Origin: Macrostomum lignano
Taxonomy: Eukaryota
Assembly: GCA_002269645.1 (NCBI GenBank)
Contig: NIVC01000286.1
Coordinates: 314,563 to 378,562, forward strand
DNA: 64,000 nucleotides
Direction of reading: 5' to 3'
In this document: in pieces, positions 1 through 10,490 of the stretch
How the letters are laid out: the number at the start of each line of letters is the position of its first letter
Numbering within the stretch: position 1 is the first letter of the stretch
Notes under the pieces: model-generated
What the model was told of the DNA's origin: nothing
The model's input: the letters and a program-made list of their open reading frames with translations, nothing else
The model's database searches: none
Position numbers and translations under genes: made by a program

Positions 1-9
1 GTAGAATAT

Positions 10-700
10 TAAAGAGCTACCATGTCAAACATTTAAGAGCCACCATGTCAAACATTTAAGAGCCACCATGTAAAACATTAAAGAGCCACCATTTGAAACA
101 TTAAAGAGTCACCATGTCAAACATTTAAGAGCCACCATGTCAAACATTTAAGAGCCACCATGTCAAACCTAAAAGAGCCACCATGTCAAACCTAAAAGAG
201 CCATTATGTCGAACATAAAAGAGCTATACCATGAAAAACATTAAAGAGCCACTTTCTCGAACATTAAAGAGCCACCATGTCAAACATTTAAGAGCCACCA
301 TGTCAAACATTTAAGAGCCACCATGTCAAACCTAAAAGAGCCACCATGTCAAACCTAAAAGAGCCACCATGTCGAACATAAAAGAGCTATACCATGAAAA
401 ACATTAAAGAGCCACTTTCTCGAACATTAAGGAGCCACCATGTCAAACATTTAGAAGCCACCTTGTCAAACATTAAATAGCCACTTTGTCGAACATTAAA
501 GAGTCACTGTGTCAAACATAAAAGAGCCACTGTTTCAAACATAAAAGAGCCACCAGGTTAAACATTAAAGAGCCACCATGTAAAACATAAAAGAGCCACC
601 ATGTCTGACATTAAAAAGCCATCGTTTCAAACATAAAACAGTTGCCATGTAGAACTTAAAACAGCCACCATGTCAAACATAAAATTTACACAATTTCAAA
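10..700. repeat. Minisatellite, ~22-23 bp unit (AAAGAGCCACCATGTCAAACATT)
   Basis: Direct tandem repetition visible; units degrade toward 700. Confidence 0.9.
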
Positions 701-774
701 CATAAAAGTAAGCGAATTTTAAAGGAGCCACTATAATGCTAAGGAAATTATCGCACTAGCTACTTATTGTCTGG

Positions 775-1165
775 TGGATGCTTGCTATTTGGGGATGCTA
801 TCTATGTAGGGGATGCTTGCTATCTGGCGGATGCTTGCTATCTGGGGGATGCTTGCTATCTGGGGGATGCTTGCTATCTGGGGTTGCTTGTAATCTGGAA
901 GATGCTTGCTATCTGGCGGATGCTTGCTATCTGGGGGATGCTTGCTATCTGGGGATGCTTGCTATCTGGGGGATGCTTGCTATCTGGGGTTGCTTGTAAT
1001 CTGGAAGATGCTTGCTATCTGGCGGATGCTTGCTATCTGGAAGATGCTTGCTATCTGGCGGATGCTTGCTATCTGGGGGATGCTTGCTATCTGGGGGATG
1101 CTTGCTATCTGGGGGTTGCTTGTAATCTGGAAGATGCTTGCTATCTGGGGGATGCTTGCTGTCTT
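775..1165. repeat. Minisatellite, 18 bp unit (GATGCTTGCTATCTGGGG)
   Basis: Tandem repetition; explains the ORFs at 767-1336. Confidence 0.9.
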
Positions 1166-1844
1166 GGGATGATTTCTTTTTGCATTGCACTTCCTTTGAG
1201 TATTTTGTCTGTTTTTTTTGTGAAGGCCTTTTTTGGCTATCTTTTTGTTACTTGTAGAGAACAGAGGTTCTATACAGATGTCCCCCAACGGGGGGCGAAG
1301 ATTGCTAGTTTATTATATAAAAATACTTGGATATAACATGCAAATAAATTAAATAATAGATTTAACAAGCACACGTTTATACGCCTGAAATGAAAACAAA
1401 AAAACCGCGACAGCAGGTAAATGCAAACACGAGTTATTTACAGAGTATTAAGCCATAAACAAGAATAAAAATGAACTGACCATCGCCTTCCATACGTAAA
1501 TGCTGATTGCCTTCTGGGAAACAAAAATAAGCGCAACTCCTACTGCAAGTAGCAGCATGCGACTAAAGCACTGATATCTGATATTCATACATGGGTACAG
1601 TACAGTTCAGTAAAACAAAATATTTTAAACGGTATTTGACCGGGACGTGCATTGGTAAGCATAAATAAAAATTGCTATGCACAAAACCGACTTTTGTGTC
1701 CGCGAGACGACACAGCTTTCATTGGATTTGGATTTGGATTGGATTTACGAGTAGTATGCTATTTATATATACATATACACAATATTCTCACCCCCTTAAA
1801 ATCTGACCCCTAAAAACCTGACTAAAAAAGACTCATTTGCAAAA

Positions 1845-2535
1845 ATCTCACCCTAAGAATCTCAAACCTTTGAATCTTACCCCTAAGAATCTCACCTCTA
1901 AGAGTCTCAAACCTAAGAATCTCAAGCCTAAGAATCTCAAGCCTAAGAATTTTTCAAACCTAAGAATCTCACCCCTAACAATCTCAAACTTTTGAATCTT
2001 GCCCCTAAGAGTCTCAAACCTAAGAATCTCACCCCTAAGAATCTCAAACTTTTGAATCTTACCCCTAAGAATTTCAAACCTAAGAATCTTACCCCTAAGA
2101 ATCTCGAACTTTAGAATCTTACCCCTAAGAATCTCGAACTTTAGAATCTTACCCCTAAGAATCTCGAACTTTAGAATCTTACCCCTAAGAATTTCAAATC
2201 TAAGAATCTCACGCCAAAGAATTTCAAACCAAAGAATCTCACCCCTAATAATCTCAAACTTTAGAATCTTACCCTAAGAATTTCACACCTAAGAGTCTCA
2301 CCCCTAAGAATCTCAAACTTTAGAATCTTACCCCTAAGAATTAAAAACCTAAGAATCTCACCCCTAAGAATCTTACCCCTAAGAATTTCAAACCTAAGAA
2401 TCTCACCCCTAAGAATTTCAAACCTAAGAATCTCACCCCTAAGAATCTTAAACTTTAGAATCTTACCCCTAAGAATTTCAAACCAAAGAATCTCACCCCT
2501 AAAAATTTCAAACCAAAGAATCTCACCCCTAACAA
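1845..2535. repeat. Minisatellite built on CTAAGAATCTCACCC / CTAAGAATTTCAAAC (~15-16 bp subunits)
   Basis: Tandem repetition downstream of the zinc-finger gene stop codon. Confidence 0.85.
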
Positions 2536-2679
2536 ATTAACAATGTCACCAGAAAGAAAATTTCGCCTCTTAGAATCATAGCAAGCTTAGTCTCAACTGA
2601 TAAAATGGCCACTTTCTAAGAGCCTTATCAGACGAAATCTCACCCTGAAGGCAGGTGAGGAGAGATGCACTTTGCCCTA

Positions 2680-3422
2680 CTAATGCTGCACAAAGTGCAT
2701 CCAAAAGCCCATCTTATCTTTAGCCAGAAATCCGCATTTAGCGCACTTGAACGCCAGGCCGGAGTCGACATCGTGCTGGCTCATATGCAGCCGGTGCATC
2801 TCGGCGTCCGTGAACAGCACCTGGCAATGGGCGCACCTGTACACGCCGCCGGTACTCTGCAGGTACATCAGCAGATCATCGATAGGCACAGTGCCAATTG
2901 GTCGGGTTTCGATGCCTTCAACTGCGCAGGCGGCGGCTGTCGGCTTCGCGGTGGCATTGTTGGCCAAAGCGGCTCGTTTCGTAGCCAATTGAGCACAGAT
3001 TCCGTCTACTAACAGGCCAGCGGAGGCTAATGAGGCCGAAGATAGCCGACGCTTGTTGCTGTTGTTGTTGCTATGGTAACTGACGCTGCTAATAGCGGAT
3101 ATAGATTCGGAAAATGGCGACGATGGCCGAGTATAGACTTGATGATTAACAATGTTTTCTTTGTCGCAGTTCATGGACTCAACTGCCGGGTTAGACGATT
3201 TTGGCTCTTTTGTAGAAGCAGATTCTGGCGGTTCTGTTGTTGCCGATGCCGAAAGCAGTTTGCTGCAGCATTTATTCCTATGCCGTTTCAGGGTGCCGTT
3301 CTGCGAGAACGACCGGCCGCAGTCCGGACACACGAACGGGCGTTCGCCACTGTGCTTGCGAAAATGGATGCGCAACGCCGAGGCGCAAGAGAATTCTTTG
3401 CCGCAGTCGCTGCAGATTTTGC
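2680..3422 (-). CDS. C2H2 zinc-finger transcription factor (Ikaros/Hunchback-like C-terminus), last exon
   Basis: Acceptor ttaatccgcag|GC (phase 1). Encodes KICSDCGKEFSCASALRIHFRKH-SGERP-FVCPDCGRSF and terminal YRCAHCQVLFTDAEMHRLHMSQH...FKCAKCGFLAKDKMGFWMHFVQH*, resembling the Ikaros/Hunchback dimerization fingers. Confidence 0.85.
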
Positions 3423-3557
3423 CTGCGGATTAATTTACCGTTTTTTCTGTTTCTGACATGGATTTTCTTTAGGGAGGCCTCTGAATAAAATAGTCCTTGC
3501 TGTACATCATAAGGCCCAAGTCTTTGTTGTGAATATTGGACCTATGGGTTACGACAG

Positions 3558-3660
3558 GGAGTTGTAGCCTAGTGTCTCACGACTGGTCGGGGGTTCGATT
3601 TTCGACTATGTTCCTTGAGCAAGACCACTTAACTCTGCATTGCTTCACATACATGCGCAA
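3558..3660 (+). mobile_element. tRNA-derived CORE-type SINE fragment
   Basis: B-box-like GGTTCGATT followed by TTCCTTGAGCAAGACCACTTAACTCTGCATTGCTTCA; a fuller inverted copy lies at ~43625-43775. Confidence 0.6.
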
Positions 3661-3944
3661 CACCTGGCCCAGCCAAGGTAAGTCGCGTAAATTCCCACCC
3701 GAAAATACAGAGGTTAAACTAAGTAGATGACGAGGCATCTAGCCTAAAATAATAGTCATAGTTACTTTTGCCGTTTACCCAAAATTACGTTATCTTTGCT
3801 GCTTCTTTCACAGGGTGAGTCGGATTATTGGCATTAGCTGGGGTCATTGAGGGTGTGGCAATCCCTCAGCCCTTGGACTGAACAGCCGTAGGCAGCCTTC
3901 AGATACGCAGCGCAATTCTAGCCCATATCTAGCCTTGCATCCAG

Positions 3945-4395
3945 CCCACAGATACCAGAATAACTAGATGGGCCACTCAGCACATTTGAGTTTAAGCTAC
4001 TTTCAGTTCAGTAGTATGTTAAACAAAAGCATTTTACTGTATTTTTAAAGACAGATTATTTATTAGCTCTTACCCCCCCCCAAGCTTAAACCCTCAAACT
4101 CCACAAAGAACCTCTACCCCCGCCCCACCGCCCAAATTTTATTACCTTCCTCGGTTGTTCCAGACTAAATCTGCCATGTACATTACAGCGGCTAATGTAC
4201 ATTTTGGCTGAACAAATTAGCAAGCTGTTTACACGCCTGCAAGCTTGGGCTTCTAGACTTATCAAATGTTTTCAGCTGTCTTTTTTTTATAAAATAGCTT
4301 ATGTATTCTTCCTTGCTACTGAACTGGAAGTAGAAAGCTGTTTTACTAAGTATAAATGCCTGAGTGGCCCATCTAGTTATTCTAGCATCTGTGAT
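3945..4395. mobile_element. MITE with ~24-bp terminal inverted repeats (intron 3 of the ZF gene)
   Basis: AGAATAACTAGATGGGCCACTCAG ... CTGAGTGGCCCATCTAGTTATTCT; a second copy in opposite orientation at ~6505-6945. Confidence 0.8.
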
Positions 4396-4426
4396 CCAGC
4401 CTAAAAATTGAAACAAAAGTCCCTAC

Positions 4427-4981
4427 CTTCAGGCGTATCGTGAAAAGAGGAATGCTCATCCAGCTGCTCAGCCAGTCTGAACCGGCAGTGGCACATCTTG
4501 CACCGGTACGGCAGCTCATCAATATTCTCAGTCTCAGCAGCCTGAGTACTCGAATCTTCACCGGTCGCGCAGGCTGAAGAGATTCCTCGCTCAGACAAGA
4601 CAGACTCGTCTCCGTCCTGCTCAACTTCAGGCCTCTGGCCATCTGGTGGTTGTCGATTTTTCACTGACAAGCACAAAGGCTGCTGGTCGGCATCGGCGCT
4701 AATTGTCGTTTCAACAATGTCGGAAGCTCCGACAATTGGCTTTGGAAGCGACACTGATTGGGGTTGCTGTTCAGCTAGTGGGGTTTTCAATTGCAAAGCT
4801 AAGTAGGGGGTTAGCTGCTGCTGCTGCTGCTGAGACAAAAAAGCCGTCGCAGCTGCGGGTATCGGTAGGAACAGTGGCGGAGTCTGCTGCTGCTGCTGCA
4901 AGCGTTGCAATTGCTGCAGCTGCTGCAGCTGCTCCTGGGTAGCCTGAGGCAGAGCTGGCGCCGCTCCGGTGAAGAGGCCGG
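4427..4981 (-). CDS. C2H2 zinc-finger factor, exon 3 (Gln-rich region plus one finger)
   Basis: Acceptor caattttag|CC, donor GAAG|gtaggg, both phase 1; YRCKMCHCRFRLAEQLDEHSSFH. Confidence 0.8.
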
Positions 4982-5094
4982 CTAAAATTGAATACGGAGT
5001 TCGATAATTTGAGAGAAGACTCTCATAGAGAGGGCAAATTCTCAGGGAGGAAGAGGACAGATTGAATGGCGGATTCTCAAGGATGGCGCGGCTT

Positions 5095-5830
5095 GAAGGG
5101 CGGATTCTCAGGGGGGGGCATTTCACTAGGAGGGCGGATTCTCTGGGAGGAGGGCGGATTCTCTGGGAGGAGGGCGGATTCTCTGGGAGGAGGGCGGATT
5201 CTCTGGGAGGAGGGCGGATTCTCTGGGAGGAGGTGGATTCTCTGGGAGGAGGGCGGATTCTCTGGGAGGAGGTGGATTCTCTGGGAGGAGGTGGATTCTC
5301 TGGGAGGAGGTGGATTCTCTGGGAGGAGGGCGGATTCTCTGGGAGGAGGTGGATTCTCTGGGAGGAGGTGGATTCTCTGGGAGGAGGTGGATTCTCTGGG
5401 AGGAGGTGGATTCTCTGGGAGGAGGGCGGATTCTCTGGGAGGAGGGCGGATTCTCTGGGAGGAGGGCGGATTCTCTGAGGGGGGCGGATTCTTTGAGGGG
5501 GGCGGATTATTTGAGGGGGGCGGATTCTTTGAGGGGGGCGGATTCTTTGAGGGGGGCGGATTCTTTGAGGGGGCGGATTCTCTGGGGGCAGATTCGTAGG
5601 GAAAGGCGAATTATCAGGGAAGGGGCGGATTCTTTGAGAGGGGGCGAATTCTCTGAGGGGGGGGCGGATTCTTTGATGGGGCGGATTCTCTGAGGGGGGG
5701 CGGATTCTCTGAGGGGGGGGGGGCGGATTCTCTGGGGGCAGATTCGTAGGGAGGGGCGAATTATCTGGGAAGGGGCGGATTCTTTGGGAGGGGGTGAATT
5801 TTCTGGGAGGGGGCGGATTCTCTGGGAGGC
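5095..5830. repeat. G-rich minisatellite, ~19-20 bp (CTCTGGGAGGAGGGCGGATT), in predicted intron 2 of the ZF gene
   Basis: Tandem repetition; G-tracts on the plus strand. Confidence 0.9.
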
Positions 5831-5857
5831 TAATTGAAGGTGAGGCTCGCAACTGAC

Positions 5858-6313
5858 TAATGCTAGCTAAGTAGTGCTCCCGCTGATGTTGCTGATAAGC
5901 CTCTTCGGAATCGAACTCGCGACCTCCGCAAGCGACGCAAGATCGCAAAGCGGCCGATCCGACCACATTAAGGCTTGGTGTCGGCACGCTCATCAGCACT
6001 GCCTGACCGTTTTGGGATGAAAAGTTGACTAAAACAGATTGCTGTTGCTGCTGCTGCTGCTTCTGGAGAAGTGGCTTCGATTCTGTTGGAGAAGATTCTG
6101 TTGTACCGTTTACAGCTAATACTGCCGAAGTAACCGCGGGTGCAGATGCCTCCAACTGATTGACTTTGCTATCTGAGTCAGCTGTTGACTGTTGCTGGGC
6201 CAGCTCAGGCGGTTTTGATAATAATTGCTCGCTCGAAGTTTCGTCCGGCAAATCTGCTAGCTGTTGTTGTTGCAGACGCCTGATGTGTGTCTGCTTGTGC
6301 CGGTTAAGCGAGC
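5858..6313 (-). CDS. C2H2 zinc-finger factor, exon 2
   Basis: Acceptor tttttgacag|GC completes the split finger [21 protein letters not shown]; contains CVACGGREFDSEEAYQQHQREH; donor ATTA|gtcagt (less certain). Confidence 0.75.
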
Positions 6314-6504
6314 CTGTCAAAAAGTAGTAAATACGTAGTATGTTATTTTAGAGGCTCGTAAGAGGATAGTGCGAGAGAGAAGAGTACAATGACTGGGGGG
6401 CAAGGCATAGGGAGGTGAGCAGACAAGTGGCGTGAGTCATTTGCCCCAGACACACCAAGCTGACTGGTTGGTTGAAGTCAACACACCAATCCAAGCTCTC
6501 GATC

Positions 6505-6945
6505 CCGGCCATACGAGCGTAGATACTAAAATAACTAGATGGGCCACTCGGGAATTCTACTTTCAGTTCAGTATCAGTAGCAAGGAAGAGTACATAAGCT
6601 ATTTTATAAAAATAAAGACAGCTGAAATTACTTTGATAAGTTAAGAAGCCGAGCTTGCAGGCGTAAACAACTTGCTAATTGGCTCAGCAATAATGTACAT
6701 TAGCCAGTCCACTGAAATGTACATGGCAGATTTAGCTCGTAGGCTAGAATTCCGAGAAGGCAATAAAAATTGGGGCGGAGCGGGGGGTATGGAAAGGCGC
6801 GGTTGGAGGGTTTAAGCTGGGGTAAGAGCCTTGGCTTTAAAAATACAGTAAAATGCTTCTGTTTAACTTACTACTGAACTGAAAGTAGCTAACACGCAAA
6901 TGTGCTGAGTGGCCCCATCTACGCTCGTAGCTATTCTAGTATCTG
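6505..6945. mobile_element. MITE, second copy (inverted relative to 3945-4395), intron 1 of the ZF gene
   Basis: Same TIR (ATAACTAGATGGGCCACTC / GAGTGGCCCCATCT); interior is the reverse complement of copy 1. Confidence 0.8.
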
Positions 6946-7064
6946 TTATGATACCGGATGTGCACGGGTCGTGACCACTAAAGCATCGTATTTTATTATT
7001 TTAGGTTGCAATTTTGTAAAAAAAATAGAATGGATAACACTTATAGTAGCAATGGAATGGGCTT

Positions 7065-7340
7065 GACTCACTGAAATACAGCAGAGGTGGGGTAATAAAG
7101 GGTGTAGAATCCCACTGAAAGACAGTAGAGCCGTAGAGGTGGGGTAATACAAGTATACAGGGTGTAGAATCCCACTGAAAGACAGTAATGGTGGGGTAAT
7201 ACAAGTATACATGGTGTAGAATCCCACTGGAAGACAGTAAAGGTGGGGTAATACAAGTATACAGGGTGTAGAATCCCACTGGAAGACAATAGAGGTTGGG
7301 TAATACAATCAGGATGTAGAATCCCACGGAGAGGTTGGGT
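7065..7340. repeat. Minisatellite, ~50 bp (GGGGTAATACAAGTATACAGGGTGTAGAATCCCACTG...)
   Basis: About five degenerate tandem copies. Confidence 0.75.
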
Positions 7341-7434
7341 AATACAGTGTGTAGAATTACAGTGAGACACCAGGGGCACAATAAAGTATGTAGAACCGTA
7401 TTGAATAACCATTGAAAAAAGCAAAATCAAGTTA

Positions 7435-8106
<672 letters not shown>

Positions 8107-8540
8107 TTAGACCTTTGACACTCCCCTGCGTTCCCCCATATCAAGACACCAGATGAGACGGGCCAATCCAGGCTGATCTGCTCACCCGCTTGCCGATACA
8201 AATTATTACTCCTTCCTAATATGCAGTCAATGAACAATGCTGTGTAACTGTGTTATAGCTCTACTAAACTGAATCGAAAAAAATCGGATGAATTGACACA
8301 AGTCAAAGACTTTCCTTAAAACACTTCTTTTAAGTAAAAATATATCAATTAGCATTTGAATTTTTATTGGAACAGCTATGAGTAGCTTGTCGCTAAATTG
8401 TTATTTGAGTATGAGTGCGCCTGCACTTGCTCCCCTCTCTACCTAACCATCCACCTTATTCTTAATTGATCAGCGCCTCGGCCCCTATGTACGCAACACC
8501 CGTCATCCATCGCTCTCATCTTATCGAATTATTCTCTCAC

Positions 8541-8965
8541 CTTGACCCTCTTATCGCAGTTAACATTAAGATCAGGTCCTGGATCTTAATCTTCATTGTC
8601 AGCCACTGGAGCTTCCGGCTCGCGGCTAATGCTTTCTGTTGATTTGAAAAACGCAGTGAAATCAACTTTGCGAGCTGCGGCCGCGGTGGCAGTCTTTTCA
8701 GCTTTCGGCTGCAGATGGCCAGGAAACATGGGGAAGATAGGAGGAACGGAGTTCGGATACAACTGTCTTTTGACGTTAGGCAGAAAGCCAGAAAATTGCT
8801 ACTTGAAGCAAGATTCCTCAAAATGAATCGAGCAGACTCACGCGGATGGTGTTGGCTCGAAATTTTTACGCCTCAGCGCTATTAGCCACTTGTTCTTCAT
8901 TTTGTTGTCCTTTGGAAGAGTATGGAAGGACACTCCTGCCAGAGACATCGCTCAGCAGCAAGAGC
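8541..8965 (-). pseudogene. Decayed THAP-domain coding segment (P-element/THAP9-like N-terminus)
   Basis: Frame starting at 8936 reads GVSFHTLPKDNKMKNKWLIALRRKNFEPTPSA*VCSIHFEESCFK*QFSGFLPNVKRQLYPNSVPPIFPMFPGHLQPK, with THAP hallmarks FxxP, W, CSxHF and an AVPTIF-like SVPPIF. Stops at 8838-8840, 8799-8801, 8586-8588. Confidence 0.75.
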
Positions 8966-9099
8966 TGCCATGAGTTCCTTTTCTTTTTCTCGGAAATTTG
9001 GATGATTAAGACTGTTCTTCCATTTCGTTATGAGCTAAGTTTGCTTAGCTGGTTCAAATTAGTTTAAGTATTGCTACTTTGGTTCGCAGGCCTTATTTA

Positions 9100-9650
9100 A
9101 AAAGGGGTTTTCCCCAGGCCTCTCTCTGGTGAGGAGCCTGGGGAAGCAACCCCTAAAACCCCTCCTTCATGCTCATTGGCTAGAGGGTTTCAAACACACT
9201 AGGATACCTTGCAAACACACCCATACACATTTACAGTATCTCTCTACCCACCACCGCCAGCGAGCCCTCCCTTCTTAGCTAGTTTTCGAACCACCAGACA
9301 ATTTATTTATATAGTTAGTTATATAGTTGCCATAACCGACCTAATTTTTATAGGTCGGTATGGGAAGTGAGCTAAAAATAGCAGCCAATGAGCAGGAAGC
9401 AGGGGTTTTGCGAGGGGACATCACAAACCCGAAAAATCACAACTCCGAAAAGCGCTTTCCATCATAAACCCGAAATATCATAAACCCGAAATACCACAAA
9501 CTCGAAATATCAAACTCCGAAAGTTCTAGCAATGTCCAACACTATTTTGGTTTTCGGTTTCGGAATTATGATATTTCGGGTTTGTTTGTGATATTTTGGG
9601 TTTATGATGGGAAGTGCTTTTGGAGTTGTGATTTTCAGGTTTATTATGGC
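9100..9650. mobile_element. Cluster of inverted-repeat modules (hairpin, TIR element, foldback element)
   Basis: Hairpin 9103-9153; IR AAAACCCCT..GCTCATTGGCT / AGCCAATGAGC..AGGGGTTTT (~9155-9410); foldback with AAACCCGAAA subrepeats (~9420-9645). Confidence 0.6.
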
Positions 9651-10130
9651 GACTCCACCCCTGTGTCTTGGGGGTTAGTCGGGAATCGCACGAACCCCCC
9701 CCCCCAGGCAACAAGCCCTATTGCACAAATTAAAATAGGGGGAGGGGGCAGCCTCCAAAAGATGCGAAGTTAGACCACCAACACCAAAGAATAACATTTT
9801 AAATCTATTATGTCCCTTAAACCCTTTGAATTCTATTTTGCATCACTTCGAATATTCCTTTTGCTAGGTGCAAAAGTCTTGCATTGCGTCACCCTAAAGT
9901 GTATACTTTCAATTCAAAAGCGTTCCAGCTTCGCCTTTCTTCATTATAACTTGATAATTATATTGCAACACGCACATCTCTTCTTTCCCCTACTCACTCA
10001 AATGCCTTTACCCTGAAGCTCCAAGTTATTGATCCTTCTCCCTTGTTTTAAAAGCCATTCGTAACCCCATTAAGACAAGCAAGCTACAGCGACAGAAAAC
10101 AAGGGAGATGGTTAGATGCGCTAAATAAAG

Positions 10131-10490
10131 CAGGGGTTGGCAAACTTCAGCCCGCAGGCCACATGCGGCCTGCAAAGACTCTCTATGTGGCCCTTGGGTC
10201 CTTCGAAACTTTACAATAGCAATCCAGCCCACTCAATGTCTATATCTCTTCTCAGTGCTCTTCTTTCTAATCTCTTCTCTTCCTCTCTCCTCTTGCTTCT
10301 CTTTTTCTCTCTTCTTTTCTCTCTTGTTTGTCACTCGTGTTGTCTCCTTTTCTTTATTTTCTCGCCTCCACTTTCTCTTATTTTCCTTTTTACTTATCTA
10401 ATCTCTCCTCTCTCCCCTCATCCAGCTTGCAGTCATGCTTAGGTTTTTAATCTGGCCCTTGGGGTAAAAGGGTCTGCCTGCACTAAAGAG
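10131..10490 (+). mobile_element. hAT-type non-autonomous element remnant
   Basis: 5' end CAGGGGTTGGCAAACTT..GGCC is typical of hAT MITE termini; 3' end degraded. Confidence 0.5.

Noticed and set aside
8586-8840. Stop-codon reassignment or readthrough in the THAP segment
   Set aside because: Three different stop types occur, and all intact genes in the window use the standard code.
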